From Candidatus Eiseniibacteriota bacterium (lineage in GTDB: Bacteria; Eisenbacteria; RBG-16-71-46; CAVPCR01), in assembly GCA_963823555.1 (NCBI GenBank), contig CAWGMA010000001.1, positions 224,001 to 288,000 of the forward strand: DNA of 64,000 bases, given 5' to 3'. The translations under genes were made by a program, and so were the position numbers. Below the pieces are notes generated by a model. That model saw only the letters and a list, made by a program, of their open reading frames with translations, had not been told where the DNA came from and did no database searches. Shown piece by piece: positions 27,887 through 38,064 of the stretch (position 1 is its first letter; every line of letters begins with the position of its first letter).

Positions 27887-28954
27887 GTGGGCGTGGTCGT
27901 CGATCTTCGCAGCGATACGGTTACCCGGCCCACCCCGGGCATGCGCCGAGCCCTGGCTGAAGCCGAGGTCGGTGATGACGTCTTCGGCGATGACCCCACG
28001 GTCAAGCGTCTCGAAGAGCGCACGGCAGAGCTCCTGGGACAAGAGGCGGGGCTCTTTGTTCCCTCCGGGACGATGGGGAATCAGCTGGCGGTCCGCTGCC
28101 ATACCCGCCCCGGGGATGAGGTGCTGCTCGAGGCGGGTGCCCACATCTGGAACTACGAGGGCGGGGCCGCCGCAGCGCTCTCCGGAATCCAGCTGCGGCC
28201 CGTTCCAGGTCGGAATGGAGCCCTTGGCGCCGCCGATCTGGATCCGCTCGTACGGCCGGACGACCCCCATCACCCACGCACAAGCCTGATCTGCCTGGAG
28301 AACACGCACAACCGCGCCGGTGGTCGCATCCTGCCCCTCGACGTGATGACCGAGCTGCGCCGGTTCGCGGTTGAGCACGGTCTCGCCCTCCACCTGGACG
28401 GAGCCAGGCTGTGGAACGCCGCGGTCGCGACCGGGATCCAGCCCGGGGCCTGGGGGCGGCAAGCCGACTCGGTGACGGTCTGTTATTCGAAGGGGCTCGG
28501 GGCGCCGATCGGGTCCCTCCTGGCAGGTTCCCGCGATTTCATCGCGCTCGCCCGGCGCGAGCGCAAGAAGTTCGGCGGGGGCATGCGCCAGGTGGGTATC
28601 CTGGCCGCGGCTGCGCTCTACGCTCTCGATCACCACTGGTCCCGGATCGCCGAGGATCATGCCCATGCGCAATTCCTGGCTCATGAGCTGGCGCAGATAC
28701 CGGGAGTTGCGATTTCGCCGGCCGATGTCGAGACCAACATCGTGATCTTCGATGTCGCGGCTTCCGGGGCTCGTGCCGAGGACCTGATCCAGGCCCTGGC
28801 CCAACGTGGCGTGCTCATGGTGTCGTTCGGACCGACCTTGATTCGTGCCGTCACGCATCTTGATGTGGAGCTCCCGGCGGTGAGGCAGGCCGCCCTGGCC
28901 GTCGCGGAGGCCCTGGGGGACATGAAGCAACGCGCGCCGCGGGGGACGACGTGA
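27887..28954 (+). CDS. ltaE: Low-specificity L-threonine aldolase
   Basis: [41 protein letters not shown] and SKGLGAP. Confidence 0.93.
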   Translation: MGVVVDLRSDTVTRPTPGMRRALAEAEVGDDVFGDDPTVKRLEERTAELLGQEAGLFVPSGTMGNQLAVRCHTRPGDEVLLEAGAHIWNYEGGAAAALSGIQLRPVPGRNGALGAADLDPLVRPDDPHHPRTSLICLENTHNRAGGRILPLDVMTELRRFAVEHGLALHLDGARLWNAAVATGIQPGAWGRQADSVTVCYSKGLGAPIGSLLAGSRDFIALARRERKKFGGGMRQVGILAAAALYALDHHWSRIAEDHAHAQFLAHELAQIPGVAISPADVETNIVIFDVAASGARAEDLIQALAQRGVLMVSFGPTLIRAVTHLDVELPAVRQAALAVAEALGDMKQRAPRGTT

Positions 28955-29880
28955 GCCGAACGCCACCCCGCGGACCCGCGCCTCGGATCTCGGTCGCACT
29001 GGCCCAGATCTCACCTGTTCTGGGTCATGTGCCGATGAACGTCAACCGGGCTCAGCAGCTCGCTGTCGAGGCCGCCGACCGCGGGGCGCAGCTCATCGTG
29101 TTCCCCGAACTCGCCCTCACCGGCTATTTCGTCAAGGACCTCGCCTTCGAGGTCGCCCGGCACCCCGACGCCCCAGACTTCGCGCCGCTTGCGGCGGCCA
29201 GTCGTCGCATCGCGATCGTGGCGGGCTTCATCGAACACGGGACGGATCACGCCCTCTACAACGTGGCTGCGCTGTGGCATGACGGGCGCGTGCGGTGGGT
29301 GCACCGCAAGGTCTACCTGCCAACCTACGGGCTGTTCGATGAGGGGCGTTATGTGGCGCCGGGGCGACGATTGGCCGCCTTCGATTCGCCCCTGGGCCGG
29401 CTCGGACTCCTCATCTGCGAGGATATCTGGCACCCGTCAACGGTGTACATCACGGCACTCGATGGAGCCGAGCTCATGGTCGTCATCGCGGCCAGTCCCA
29501 CCCGCGAAGCGGGGGGCGAGGCGTTCTCGCGCTCCGGTGCGATCTGGCGCGATTTGCTCAAGGCCCACGCCGTCCTGCATGGGATTCATGTCGTTTTCGT
29601 CAACCGCGTCGGCTTCGAAGATGGTGTCAGCTTCTGGGGTGGATCGCGGATCATCGCTCCGAGCGGGGCGGTGATCGCCGAAGCGCCATTCTTCGATGAG
29701 GCCCTGGTCTACGGCGAGTTGGATCGCCGCGACGTGCTACGCGAGCGGATGCGGTCGCATCATGTGTGGGATGAAGACCCTGAGCTCACCCTGCGAGAGC
29801 TGCGCTCGGCGCTCCGGCGCCGCCGCGAGCGGGATGCCGCCACCGAGGGGAGCGCGGGCAGGCCAGAGGATGGAGCATGA
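28951..29880 (+). CDS. Nitrilase-family C-N hydrolase (probable glutaminase subunit of NAD synthetase)
   Basis: [18 protein letters not shown] and ICEDIW (E-K-C triad); overlaps the nadE start. Confidence 0.85.
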   Translation: MSRTPPRGPAPRISVALAQISPVLGHVPMNVNRAQQLAVEAADRGAQLIVFPELALTGYFVKDLAFEVARHPDAPDFAPLAAASRRIAIVAGFIEHGTDHALYNVAALWHDGRVRWVHRKVYLPTYGLFDEGRYVAPGRRLAAFDSPLGRLGLLICEDIWHPSTVYITALDGAELMVVIAASPTREAGGEAFSRSGAIWRDLLKAHAVLHGIHVVFVNRVGFEDGVSFWGGSRIIAPSGAVIAEAPFFDEALVYGELDRRDVLRERMRSHHVWDEDPELTLRELRSALRRRRERDAATEGSAGRPEDGA

Positions 29881-30770
29881 GCGGAGCAAAGAGCCAATCC
29901 CCGGCGCCAGAAGACCCGCGGGACCGGCGGGCGGCCCTGGCGCGCCAGCTCGAGAGCATCGATTCCGAGGTGTTGATCAGGGTCCTCGAGCGATTTCTGC
30001 TTGAGGAGATCCGCAAGGCCGGGTTCGATCGGGGGGTCATCGGTCTCTCCGGCGGCATCGATTCGAGCCTGGCGGCCGCCCTGGCGGCGCGAGCCCTGGG
30101 CGCCGGGAACGTGCATGGTGTGCTCATGCCGTACGGCAGCGGGGAGGAAGCGAGGCGCGCCGTGGCGGACGCGGAGCTCGTGGCCCAGCATCTCGGCATC
30201 CGCACCGAGTCCGTCGACATTGCCCCGCTGGTCGACGCCCACTTTGCCGGCGAGAAAGACGCCACGGCTCTGCGCCGCGGGAATTTCATGGCCCGGATGC
30301 GTATGGCCGTGCTCTTCGATCGCTCGATGCGGGATCGCGCTCTTGTCATTGGCACCAGCAACAAGTCCGAGCTGCTCCTCGGCTATGGCACGCTGTTCGG
30401 GGATCTGGCGAGCGCTCTCAATCCTCTCGGCGACCTCTACAAGACCCAGGTGCGCCTTCTCTCCCGCCACCTGGGTCTGCCCGGGCCGATCCTCCAAAAG
30501 GCTCCCAGCGCCGATCTGTGGCCGGGTCAGACCGACGAAGGCGAGCTGGGCTTCACGTATGAGGAGGTCGATCTCGTGCTGTTCCTGCTCGTGGATCGCC
30601 GTCTGACCACGGAGGAAATCGCCGAGCACGGCTTTGCGCCCGAGTTCGTCGCCAACGTGTCGCAGCGCATCCGAACCACCCAGTTCAAACGCCGGCTGCC
30701 GTTGATTGCCAAGCTGTCGAGCCGCACGATCGGACTCGACTTCCGCTATCCCCGCGACTGGGGAAGCTAA
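29877..30770 (+). CDS. nadE: NAD+ synthase
   Basis: GLSGGIDS, GNFMARMRM, GTSNKSE, LYKTQV and APSADLWPGQTDE. Confidence 0.95.
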   Translation: MSGAKSQSPAPEDPRDRRAALARQLESIDSEVLIRVLERFLLEEIRKAGFDRGVIGLSGGIDSSLAAALAARALGAGNVHGVLMPYGSGEEARRAVADAELVAQHLGIRTESVDIAPLVDAHFAGEKDATALRRGNFMARMRMAVLFDRSMRDRALVIGTSNKSELLLGYGTLFGDLASALNPLGDLYKTQVRLLSRHLGLPGPILQKAPSADLWPGQTDEGELGFTYEEVDLVLFLLVDRRLTTEEIAEHGFAPEFVANVSQRIRTTQFKRRLPLIAKLSSRTIGLDFRYPRDWGS

Positions 30771-30773
30771 GCT

Positions 30774-31640
30774 GTGGGTGCGGTCGAGTCACCGGAAACG
30801 AACGCGGGCGCCGGATCCGAACCGACGGCGATCGAGTCCGTCGTGGCGGGTGGGACGCTCTACGTCGTTTCCACCCCGATCGGTAACCTCTCGGATATCA
30901 CGCTGCGTGCGCTGGCCGTGCTCCAGCAGGTGGATCGCATCGCAGCGGAAGATACGCGGCACACCCGGCGTCTCCTCCTCCGGCACGGAATCCATCCGCG
31001 CGCCATCGAGCCCTACCACGCTCACAATGAGCAGCGCATGGGGCCACGGTTTGCCGATCGTCTACGTCGCGGTGAAGCGGTGGCTCTGGTCACCGATGCC
31101 GGGACCCCCGGGGTTTCCGATCCTGCCTACCGGCTCATCAGGGCCGCGCTCGAGGTGGGTGCGCCGATTGTGGCCGTGCCCGGGGCGTCCGCGGTCCTTA
31201 CCGCTCTGGTCGCCTCCGGTCTTCCCATGGATCGCTTCGTCTTCCAGGGTTTTCCCCCTCGTAAACCAGGTCCAAGGCGGCGGTTGCTGGCTTCTCTGGC
31301 TTCCCTTCCCCATTCGCTCGTATTCTTCGAGGCCGCCCCCCGGCTGCCCGGGTTTCTGACCGACCTGGGCGCGGTTCTCGGCGATCGACGCATCGCGGTC
31401 GGGCGCGAGCTCACCAAGCGATTCGAGGAGGTATGGCGAGGGACCGTGAGCGAGTACCTGGCCACCAAGGCAGGCTCGACCGTGAAGGGGGAGATCACCG
31501 TGGTGGTGGCGGGCGCTGAACGCCGTGGACCCCGGCGGGAGGAGCCCGGCGACCCCCAGGAGCTCGAGTCGCCTCGCCGGTCCAGAGCCGCGGCGAGGCG
31601 ATCCGACAGGCAGGATTGGCACCAGGAAGGAGCCGATTAG
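30774..31640 (+). CDS. rsmI: 16S rRNA C1402 2'-O-methyltransferase
   Basis: TPIGNLSDIT, AEDTR, DAGTPGVSDP and RELTKRFEE. Confidence 0.95.
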   Translation: MGAVESPETNAGAGSEPTAIESVVAGGTLYVVSTPIGNLSDITLRALAVLQQVDRIAAEDTRHTRRLLLRHGIHPRAIEPYHAHNEQRMGPRFADRLRRGEAVALVTDAGTPGVSDPAYRLIRAALEVGAPIVAVPGASAVLTALVASGLPMDRFVFQGFPPRKPGPRRRLLASLASLPHSLVFFEAAPRLPGFLTDLGAVLGDRRIAVGRELTKRFEEVWRGTVSEYLATKAGSTVKGEITVVVAGAERRGPRREEPGDPQELESPRRSRAAARRSDRQDWHQEGAD

Positions 31641-31644
31641 CGCC

Positions 31645-32235
31645 ATGCAGAGCACGTTCAAGGACGAGGCCCGCCGAGTCTTCGATCCTCTCGTGGCGGC
31701 TCTCGATCGGGTCCAGCTGAGACCGATCACGGTCACCCTGGCCGGGCTCGCCCTGGCCGGCGGGGCCGGGTGGCTCATCGCCGCTGGGCGCTTGCGCGCA
31801 GGGGCTCTTTGCCTCATTCTCTCCGCGCTTTGCGACATGATGGATGGGCAACTTGCTCGCCGGCAGGGAAGCGTGAGCCCGGTGGGGGCCTTCCTCGACT
31901 CCTGCATCGACCGATTGGCCGAGGGGGCTGTCTTCGCCGGACTGGCGGTCTACTTGATCCCGGCCGGGGCCACCTGGGTCGCGTTCGCCGTCCTTGGTCT
32001 GGTTGCCTCCACCATGGTGAGCTACGCGCGGGCACGAGCGGAAGGACTCGGGCTCGACGGCAAGGTTGGCCTCCTCGAGCGGCCTGAGCGCCTCGCCGTC
32101 CTCATTGTGGCGCTCTTCTGGGGCGGGTCCGGGCTGCGAATCCTCCTCGTCATACTTACGGTGCTGGCGTTCTGGACTTTCTGGACCCGGGTCCGGCACG
32201 TCGAGCGGCAGATCGATGCCGGTCGCCGTTCATAG
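31645..32235 (+). CDS. CDP-alcohol phosphatidyltransferase (phosphatidylinositol-phosphate synthase-like)
   Basis: DMMDGQLAR...GAFLDSCID signature, VSYARARAEG and ERPER; adjacent to ino1. Confidence 0.85.
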   Translation: MQSTFKDEARRVFDPLVAALDRVQLRPITVTLAGLALAGGAGWLIAAGRLRAGALCLILSALCDMMDGQLARRQGSVSPVGAFLDSCIDRLAEGAVFAGLAVYLIPAGATWVAFAVLGLVASTMVSYARARAEGLGLDGKVGLLERPERLAVLIVALFWGGSGLRILLVILTVLAFWTFWTRVRHVERQIDAGRRS

Positions 32236-32346
32236 GGCTAGGGGCGCGCCCCGGCTGGCGAGCCGGCCGCGGCGCAGAAAGACGATGAACAAGCCCGGTC
32301 CCGCTGCCGGGGCGCGGGAGCAGGATTTCCAAGGAGAGTAAGGTCC

Positions 32347-33567
32347 ATGCCTAAAGTTCGGGTGGCCATCATCGGCGTCGGCAACTGCGCTTCTTCCTTC
32401 GTGCAAGGGGTGCACTACTACAAGAACGCCGCTCAAGACGAATTCGTCCCGGGCCTGATGCACGTGAACCTGGGTGGCTATCATATCCGCGACATCGAGT
32501 TCACGGCGGCCATCGACATCGACGCGCGCAAGGTGGGGAAGGACCTGTCCGAGGCGATCTTCACCTTTCCCAACAACACGTACAAGTTCAGTGATGTGCC
32601 CAAGCTCGGTATCAAGGTCGTGCGCGGCATGACCCATGACGGCCTCGGTTACTATCTCTCCAAGGTGATCAAGAAGGCGGCAGGTCCGACCGCCAACATC
32701 GTCGATATTCTCAAGAAAACGAAGACCGACGTCGTGGTCAGCTACTTGCCGGTGGGTAGCGAGGAGGCGACCAAGTGGTACGTCGAGCAGGTGCTCCAGG
32801 TGCCCTGCGCATTCGTCAATTGCATCCCGGTCTTCATCGCCCGCGAGGCCTACTGGCAGCGGCGCTTCAGGGAGGCGGGAGTTCCGATCATCGGCGATGA
32901 CATCAAGTCGCAGGTCGGCGCAACGATCGTGCACCGCGTGATGACTCGCCTCTTCCGGGACCGCGGCGTGCGGCTCGAGCGCACGAGCCAGCTCAACGTC
33001 GGCGGCAATACCGACTTCCTGAACATGCTGGAACGCTCGCGTCTCGAGTCCAAGAAGATCTCCAAGACGAGTGCCGTGACTTCGCAGCTCGACTACGATC
33101 TGGGTGCACGCAACGTTCACATCGGCCCCTCCGATTACGTCGAGTGGCTCGATGACCGCAAGTGGGCCTACATCCGCATGGAAGGTCGTACCTTCGGCGA
33201 CGTGCCCCTGAATGTCGAGCTCAAGCTCGAAGTGTGGGATTCTCCGAACTCGGCCGGCGTCGTGATCGACGCCGTGCGCTGCGCCAAGCTCGCGCTCGAC
33301 AACGGGATCTCCGGCGCGCTCATCGGACCGTCGGCCTACTTCAAGAAGTCACCTCCCCAGCAGTTCACGGACGAGGAGGCCAGACGCATGACCGAGGACT
33401 TCATCGCCGAGATGGTCGCCGGCAAGAGCCAGTCTCCCACCCGCCGTGGTCGCAGCCGGAACGGCGCCACGGCGGCAGTGGGGGAGGAGATGAACGGTAA
33501 GAAGCCGGCGCGCCGTCCGGCCCCCCGCCGGACCCGGACGACCAAGACCCGGGCCCGCAAGGCGTGA
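32347..33567 (+). CDS. ino1: myo-inositol-1-phosphate synthase
   Basis: [38 protein letters not shown] and WDSPNSAG, with a basic tail. Confidence 0.95.
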   Translation: MPKVRVAIIGVGNCASSFVQGVHYYKNAAQDEFVPGLMHVNLGGYHIRDIEFTAAIDIDARKVGKDLSEAIFTFPNNTYKFSDVPKLGIKVVRGMTHDGLGYYLSKVIKKAAGPTANIVDILKKTKTDVVVSYLPVGSEEATKWYVEQVLQVPCAFVNCIPVFIAREAYWQRRFREAGVPIIGDDIKSQVGATIVHRVMTRLFRDRGVRLERTSQLNVGGNTDFLNMLERSRLESKKISKTSAVTSQLDYDLGARNVHIGPSDYVEWLDDRKWAYIRMEGRTFGDVPLNVELKLEVWDSPNSAGVVIDAVRCAKLALDNGISGALIGPSAYFKKSPPQQFTDEEARRMTEDFIAEMVAGKSQSPTRRGRSRNGATAAVGEEMNGKKPARRPAPRRTRTTKTRARKA

Positions 33568-33640
33568 CCGGGCGGGCCGCGGGTCGGGGTAAGATCACCA
33601 TGGGGTGCGGAGGGTATTTCTCCTGCCACGGAACCGGGAC

Positions 33641-34291
33641 GTGCGCGGCTGGTTCTTGAGTTTCGAGGGCATCGAGGGTGCCGGCAAGTCGACTCAGGCG
33701 TCGCGGCTCGTGGCCGCGCTCGAGGCCGAGGGGTATGATGTCGTCCTGAGCCGCGAACCCGGAGGTACCGCCCTCGGGGCGGCGATCCGGGAAATCGTCC
33801 TCTCGGGGGGATTCGCCCCGGTCCCGCTGGCCGAGCTCTTTCTCATGCTCGCCGACCGCGCCCAGCACGTGGCCGAGGTGATCCGACCGGCACTTGCGGC
33901 GGGGCGTGTGGTCATTGCGGATCGTTTCGCCGATGCCACCACCGCCTATCAGGCGGGGGGACGGGGGATCGATCCAGATCTCGTGGAGCGGGCCATCGCT
34001 GCGGCCACCGGCGGGCTCTGGCCGGACCTGACGCTCCTGCTCGATCTGCCGGTGGCCGAGGCGAGAAGGCGGCTTCGAGATCGTGCTCCGGATCGGCTGG
34101 AAGCCGAGGCCATGGCGTTTCATGAGCGGGTGCGTGCGGCCTATCAAGCCCAGGGCGCCAGAGAGCCCGGTCGCATCAAGGTCATCGACGCCGCCGCCGA
34201 TGGCGATACTGTGCACCTGTCCATCTTGAATCAGGTCTTGCCGGTTCTAGCGGCCTCAGGGGTGAGTTGCCCCAACCGGCCGCCGGCTTGA
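33641..34291 (+). CDS. tmk: Thymidylate kinase
   Basis: FEGIEGAGKST, REPGG, DRAQH, DRF and AYQ. Confidence 0.93.
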   Translation: MRGWFLSFEGIEGAGKSTQASRLVAALEAEGYDVVLSREPGGTALGAAIREIVLSGGFAPVPLAELFLMLADRAQHVAEVIRPALAAGRVVIADRFADATTAYQAGGRGIDPDLVERAIAAATGGLWPDLTLLLDLPVAEARRRLRDRAPDRLEAEAMAFHERVRAAYQAQGAREPGRIKVIDAAADGDTVHLSILNQVLPVLAASGVSCPNRPPA

Positions 34292-34316
34292 ACCAAAGCG
34301 GAGGTCTTTCGACATC

Positions 34317-35900
34317 ATGGGCGCTCGCCGAGTTCTCCCGTCCCTCGCCCTCATCTCCATCCTTCTCGTCGGTGGCTTCGTGCTCGGCCAGAGCCAGTCG
34401 CGGGGCGAAGAAGCACACCTCAGGCTGCTCGACGAGGCGCTTTCCAAGGTGCGCGGCATGTATGTCGAGGAGTTGCCCGACTCCGTGCTCGTTGACCGTG
34501 CGCTCAATGGCCTCCTGGGCGAGCTGGATCCCTATTCGCAGTTCCTCGACAAGGCGGAGTTCACCAATCTCCGCATCGGTACCTCCGGCAGCTACCACGG
34601 CCTGGGGATCGTCATCTCGTTGCGCGATGGATTTCTTACCGTCATCTCGCCGATGGAAGGCACGCCGGCCTATCGCATGGGCATCATGGCCGGCGATCGC
34701 ATCATCGAGATCAACGGCGAATCGACCGAGGGTATGAGCCTCAACGATGCGGTTGACCGGATGCGAGGCCCCAAGGATACCGAGGTGACCCTGACCGTGG
34801 CTCGTGGCCGGGACTTCCGTCGAATCGAGTTCGATCTGGTGCGTGACAAGATCGAACTCAAGAGCGTGCCTTATTCCTACGTTGACGACAACAAGGTCGG
34901 CTACATTCGCATCTCGCAGTTCGCCGAGGAGACGACGAACGACTTGCAGCGGGCGCTGGCCCAGGTGGAGCGCGAGGGCGCGCGGGGGCTCATCCTCGAC
35001 CTGCGGTCCAATCCCGGCGGCCTCTTGACGCAGGCAGTCGAGGTTTCCGAGCAGTTTGTCTCCAACGGCAAGCTCATCGTCGAGACCCGTGGCCGGCAGC
35101 GCAATCAGAATCGCGGTTATAACTCGCGCGCGCGGGCCGTGCATTCCGGGATCCCGGTGGTGCTCCTGGTCAATGGCGGTAGCGCCAGCGCCTCGGAGAT
35201 CGTCGCCGGCGCCATCCAGGACTGGGATCTGGGACTCATCGTCGGCACCACGACCTTCGGCAAGGGATCGGTGCAGACGGTCATCGACCTGAGCGACGGC
35301 TCGGCCATCAAGCTCACCACGGCCAAGTACTACACTCCGAGTGGGCGCTGCATCCACAAGGAGGACCGGCGCCCCGATCCCACCGTGACTGCCGCGGTCG
35401 ACGCCGAGGGCAAGGAGCACCACCAGGCCGATCGCGACATCTATCGAACGGCGATGGGGCGGGAGGTCTACGGGGGAGGAGGCATCAACCCGGACATCGT
35501 CGTCGAGGCCGCCGACCTGCCGGCGGTGGTCGAGAACATCGAGCGACTGGGTCTGTTCTACGAGTTCTCTACCGATTTCCTGAAGCGACATCCGAACTGG
35601 AAGGCCGGCGACCGGCCCGGCGAGAAGGAGTTGGCTGAGTTCACCGCCTTCGCCCACACGCGTGAGGAAGAGGGCGTCAAGTTCCGCGACGAGGAGATGG
35701 CCGAAGCGAAGCAGCACATCGAACGCGGGATACGACGCGAGATCTCCCGCCGGCTCGACGGCGATCAAGCCGCCTGGCGCGTGCTTCTCGAAGGCGACCA
35801 TCAATACCAGGAGGCGAAGGAGCTCTTCGATGAGGCCTCCACTCTGAGCGGTTTGTTCCAGATCGCGGATGCCCGGCGGGAGTCATCGACCGCGCCATAG
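34317..35900 (+). CDS. ctpA: S41 C-terminal processing protease (PDZ)
   Basis: LDPYS, GLGI, DLRSNPGG, SASASEI and FGKGSVQ. Confidence 0.92.
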   Translation: MGARRVLPSLALISILLVGGFVLGQSQSRGEEAHLRLLDEALSKVRGMYVEELPDSVLVDRALNGLLGELDPYSQFLDKAEFTNLRIGTSGSYHGLGIVISLRDGFLTVISPMEGTPAYRMGIMAGDRIIEINGESTEGMSLNDAVDRMRGPKDTEVTLTVARGRDFRRIEFDLVRDKIELKSVPYSYVDDNKVGYIRISQFAEETTNDLQRALAQVEREGARGLILDLRSNPGGLLTQAVEVSEQFVSNGKLIVETRGRQRNQNRGYNSRARAVHSGIPVVLLVNGGSASASEIVAGAIQDWDLGLIVGTTTFGKGSVQTVIDLSDGSAIKLTTAKYYTPSGRCIHKEDRRPDPTVTAAVDAEGKEHHQADRDIYRTAMGREVYGGGGINPDIVVEAADLPAVVENIERLGLFYEFSTDFLKRHPNWKAGDRPGEKELAEFTAFAHTREEEGVKFRDEEMAEAKQHIERGIRREISRRLDGDQAAWRVLLEGDHQYQEAKELFDEASTLSGLFQIADARRESSTAP

Positions 35901-35928
35901 GCAGGCGCCCTGGGCGCCGGGAAGAGCG

Positions 35929-36768
35929 ATGAATCCGGATGAACTGACCCGTCTCCTCGAGCGCCTGCATCGGGGCGAGATTCCCGTCGGCGAGGTCTTG
36001 GCCCGGCTCAAGGATCTTCCCTTCGAGGTCTTCCCCGACGCCACCGTCGATCATCACCGAGCGCTCCGACGCGGCTTTCCCGAGGTGATCTTCGGCGCCG
36101 GGAAGACGCCGGAACAGACGTTGACCATCGCCCGAGCTATCGCCTCCCGCGGACAGGCGGTCCTCGTCACGCGCACGCCCATCGAAACGGTCCATGTGCT
36201 TGCGAGCGCCTTTCCCGGTGTGGAACACGATCCTCTCGCCCGGACCGTGGTGATCCCCGGTCGCAACACCCGGCGCCTTCCCGGGCTTGTACTCATCATC
36301 TCGGCCGGCACGTCCGATCTCCCGGTGGCCGCCGAGGCCGAGGTGACGGCGCGCGTTCTCGGGTGCACGGTCGAGCGGCTCACCGACGTCGGGGTTGCGG
36401 GCCTGCATCGTTTGCTCGCCGCATCGGGTCGGCTCCGGGCGGCGAGCGTGATCATCGCCGTCGCCGGGATGGAAGGAGCGCTGCCGAGCGTGGTCGCCGG
36501 TCTGAGCGATTGCCCTGTGATCGGTGTCCCTACCAGCATCGGCTATGGCGTGAGCGCCGGGGGGATCGCGGCTCTCCTGACCATGCTCTCCAGCTGTGCT
36601 TCCGGTATCACGGTTGTCAACATTGACAACGGCTTCGGTGCCGGGTACGCCGCGGCCCTCATGCTGCTGATGAAGGACCAGGATAGCAGCGGTCCGGTCG
36701 GAGGACTGACGGCGCGGTCCGCCGCCGAAAACAACACGATCCCGCAGCAATCCACGCCGAAGTCCTAG
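35929..36768 (+). CDS. larB: Nickel-pincer cofactor biosynthesis protein LarB
   Basis: DHHRALRRGFPEVIFGAGKT, AGTSDLPVAAEA, DVGVAG, AGMEGALPS, PTSIGYG and VVNIDNGFGA. Confidence 0.93.
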   Translation: MNPDELTRLLERLHRGEIPVGEVLARLKDLPFEVFPDATVDHHRALRRGFPEVIFGAGKTPEQTLTIARAIASRGQAVLVTRTPIETVHVLASAFPGVEHDPLARTVVIPGRNTRRLPGLVLIISAGTSDLPVAAEAEVTARVLGCTVERLTDVGVAGLHRLLAASGRLRAASVIIAVAGMEGALPSVVAGLSDCPVIGVPTSIGYGVSAGGIAALLTMLSSCASGITVVNIDNGFGAGYAAALMLLMKDQDSSGPVGGLTARSAAENNTIPQQSTPKS

Positions 36769-36781
36769 CCCGGGAGAATCG

Positions 36782-38050
36782 ATGCGTGCCCTATATGTCG
36801 ACCCGGTAGGTGGCGCTGCAGGGGACATGCTACTGGCTGCGCTTCTCGACCTGGGTGCGCCGCTCGATGGCGTCAAGGAGGCGCTTGCCTCGCTGCCGCT
36901 TCCCACCGGGTGCTTCGATCTGGTCGTGGACCAGGTGACCGTCGGCGGATTCAAGGCGAGGCGGGTCCGGGTCAGCGTCCAGGCCGATCCAGCCCATCAC
37001 CGGACCCTCGCCGACGTGCTCGCCCTGATCGACGGAGCGCGGCTCGCGCCTCGGGTGCGCGAGCGTGCGACCACGGTGTTCCGCCGGCTGGCGGCAGCCG
37101 AGGCGCGGGTGCACGCGGTCGCGGCGGATGCCGTGCACTTCCACGAGGTAGGGGCGGTCGACGCTGTCGTCGATATCGTCGGCTGCGCGGTGGCCCTCGA
37201 GCTCCTTGAGGTCGGGACCTTGACCTTCGGTTCGCTCGCCCCCGGGTCCGGGATCATCGAGTCGGCCCATGGTCCCTTGCCGCTGCCGGCTCCGGCCACG
37301 CTCGAACTCCTGTCCGGAATTCCGATCCGGCTCGGCGGTCCTCCCGGAGAGTGGGTCACGCCCACCGCGGCGGCCATCCTCGTTGCTCTCGGTGCCCCCG
37401 TCCCACCTGAATTCTCCTTCCGGCCGGAGCGCGTCGGGATCGGCGCGGGGCACCGCCCGCGCCGCGATCGGCCGAACATCGTGCGCGTGATGCTCGGCGA
37501 TCCGGCCGGTCATCCCTGCGACTTCCATCGGGAGATCGGCGGGGGCCTCGTCGAGCACGAGACCGTCGTGATGATCGAGGCCGCCGTGGACGACCAGCCA
37601 CCGACGGCGCTTGCCCTCGCCGCAGAGCACCTGCGCGCCGCGGGCGCCCTCGATGTGTACCTGATGCCAGTACTGATGAAGAAGGGGCGCGCGGGGACGC
37701 TGCTGACCGTGCTCGCCCGCCCGGAAGCGGCGGAGTCCCTGGCGAGAAGGCTGCTGCGCGAGACGACGACTCTCGGGCTCCGGCTCCGCCGGGAGGAGCG
37801 GCGAACCCTGGTCCGCCGCCTCGTGTCCGTGGACACTCCCTACGGGCCGATTCGCGTCAAGGAGACCCTGCGCCCCGGTGGCGAGGTGGAAGGATCGGCC
37901 TTCCGCGATGCCACGCCCGAAACGGATGACGTGGCCCGAGCCGCCCGGGAACGCGGCGTGCCCTTCGCCATGGTGGCCCGCGCGGCCCGCACGGCGTGGG
38001 AATCGATGATCCGCGATCCGATGTCGCCCGGGGATCAACCGGCCGGTTAG
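36782..38050 (+). CDS. larC: Nickel insertion protein LarC
   Basis: GAAGDM, EARVH, VHFHEVGAVD, PAPAT, TPT, MKKGR and ETTTLG. Confidence 0.92.
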   Translation: MRALYVDPVGGAAGDMLLAALLDLGAPLDGVKEALASLPLPTGCFDLVVDQVTVGGFKARRVRVSVQADPAHHRTLADVLALIDGARLAPRVRERATTVFRRLAAAEARVHAVAADAVHFHEVGAVDAVVDIVGCAVALELLEVGTLTFGSLAPGSGIIESAHGPLPLPAPATLELLSGIPIRLGGPPGEWVTPTAAAILVALGAPVPPEFSFRPERVGIGAGHRPRRDRPNIVRVMLGDPAGHPCDFHREIGGGLVEHETVVMIEAAVDDQPPTALALAAEHLRAAGALDVYLMPVLMKKGRAGTLLTVLARPEAAESLARRLLRETTTLGLRLRREERRTLVRRLVSVDTPYGPIRVKETLRPGGEVEGSAFRDATPETDDVARAARERGVPFAMVARAARTAWESMIRDPMSPGDQPAG

Positions 38051-38064
38051 GTCGAGGAGATGCT

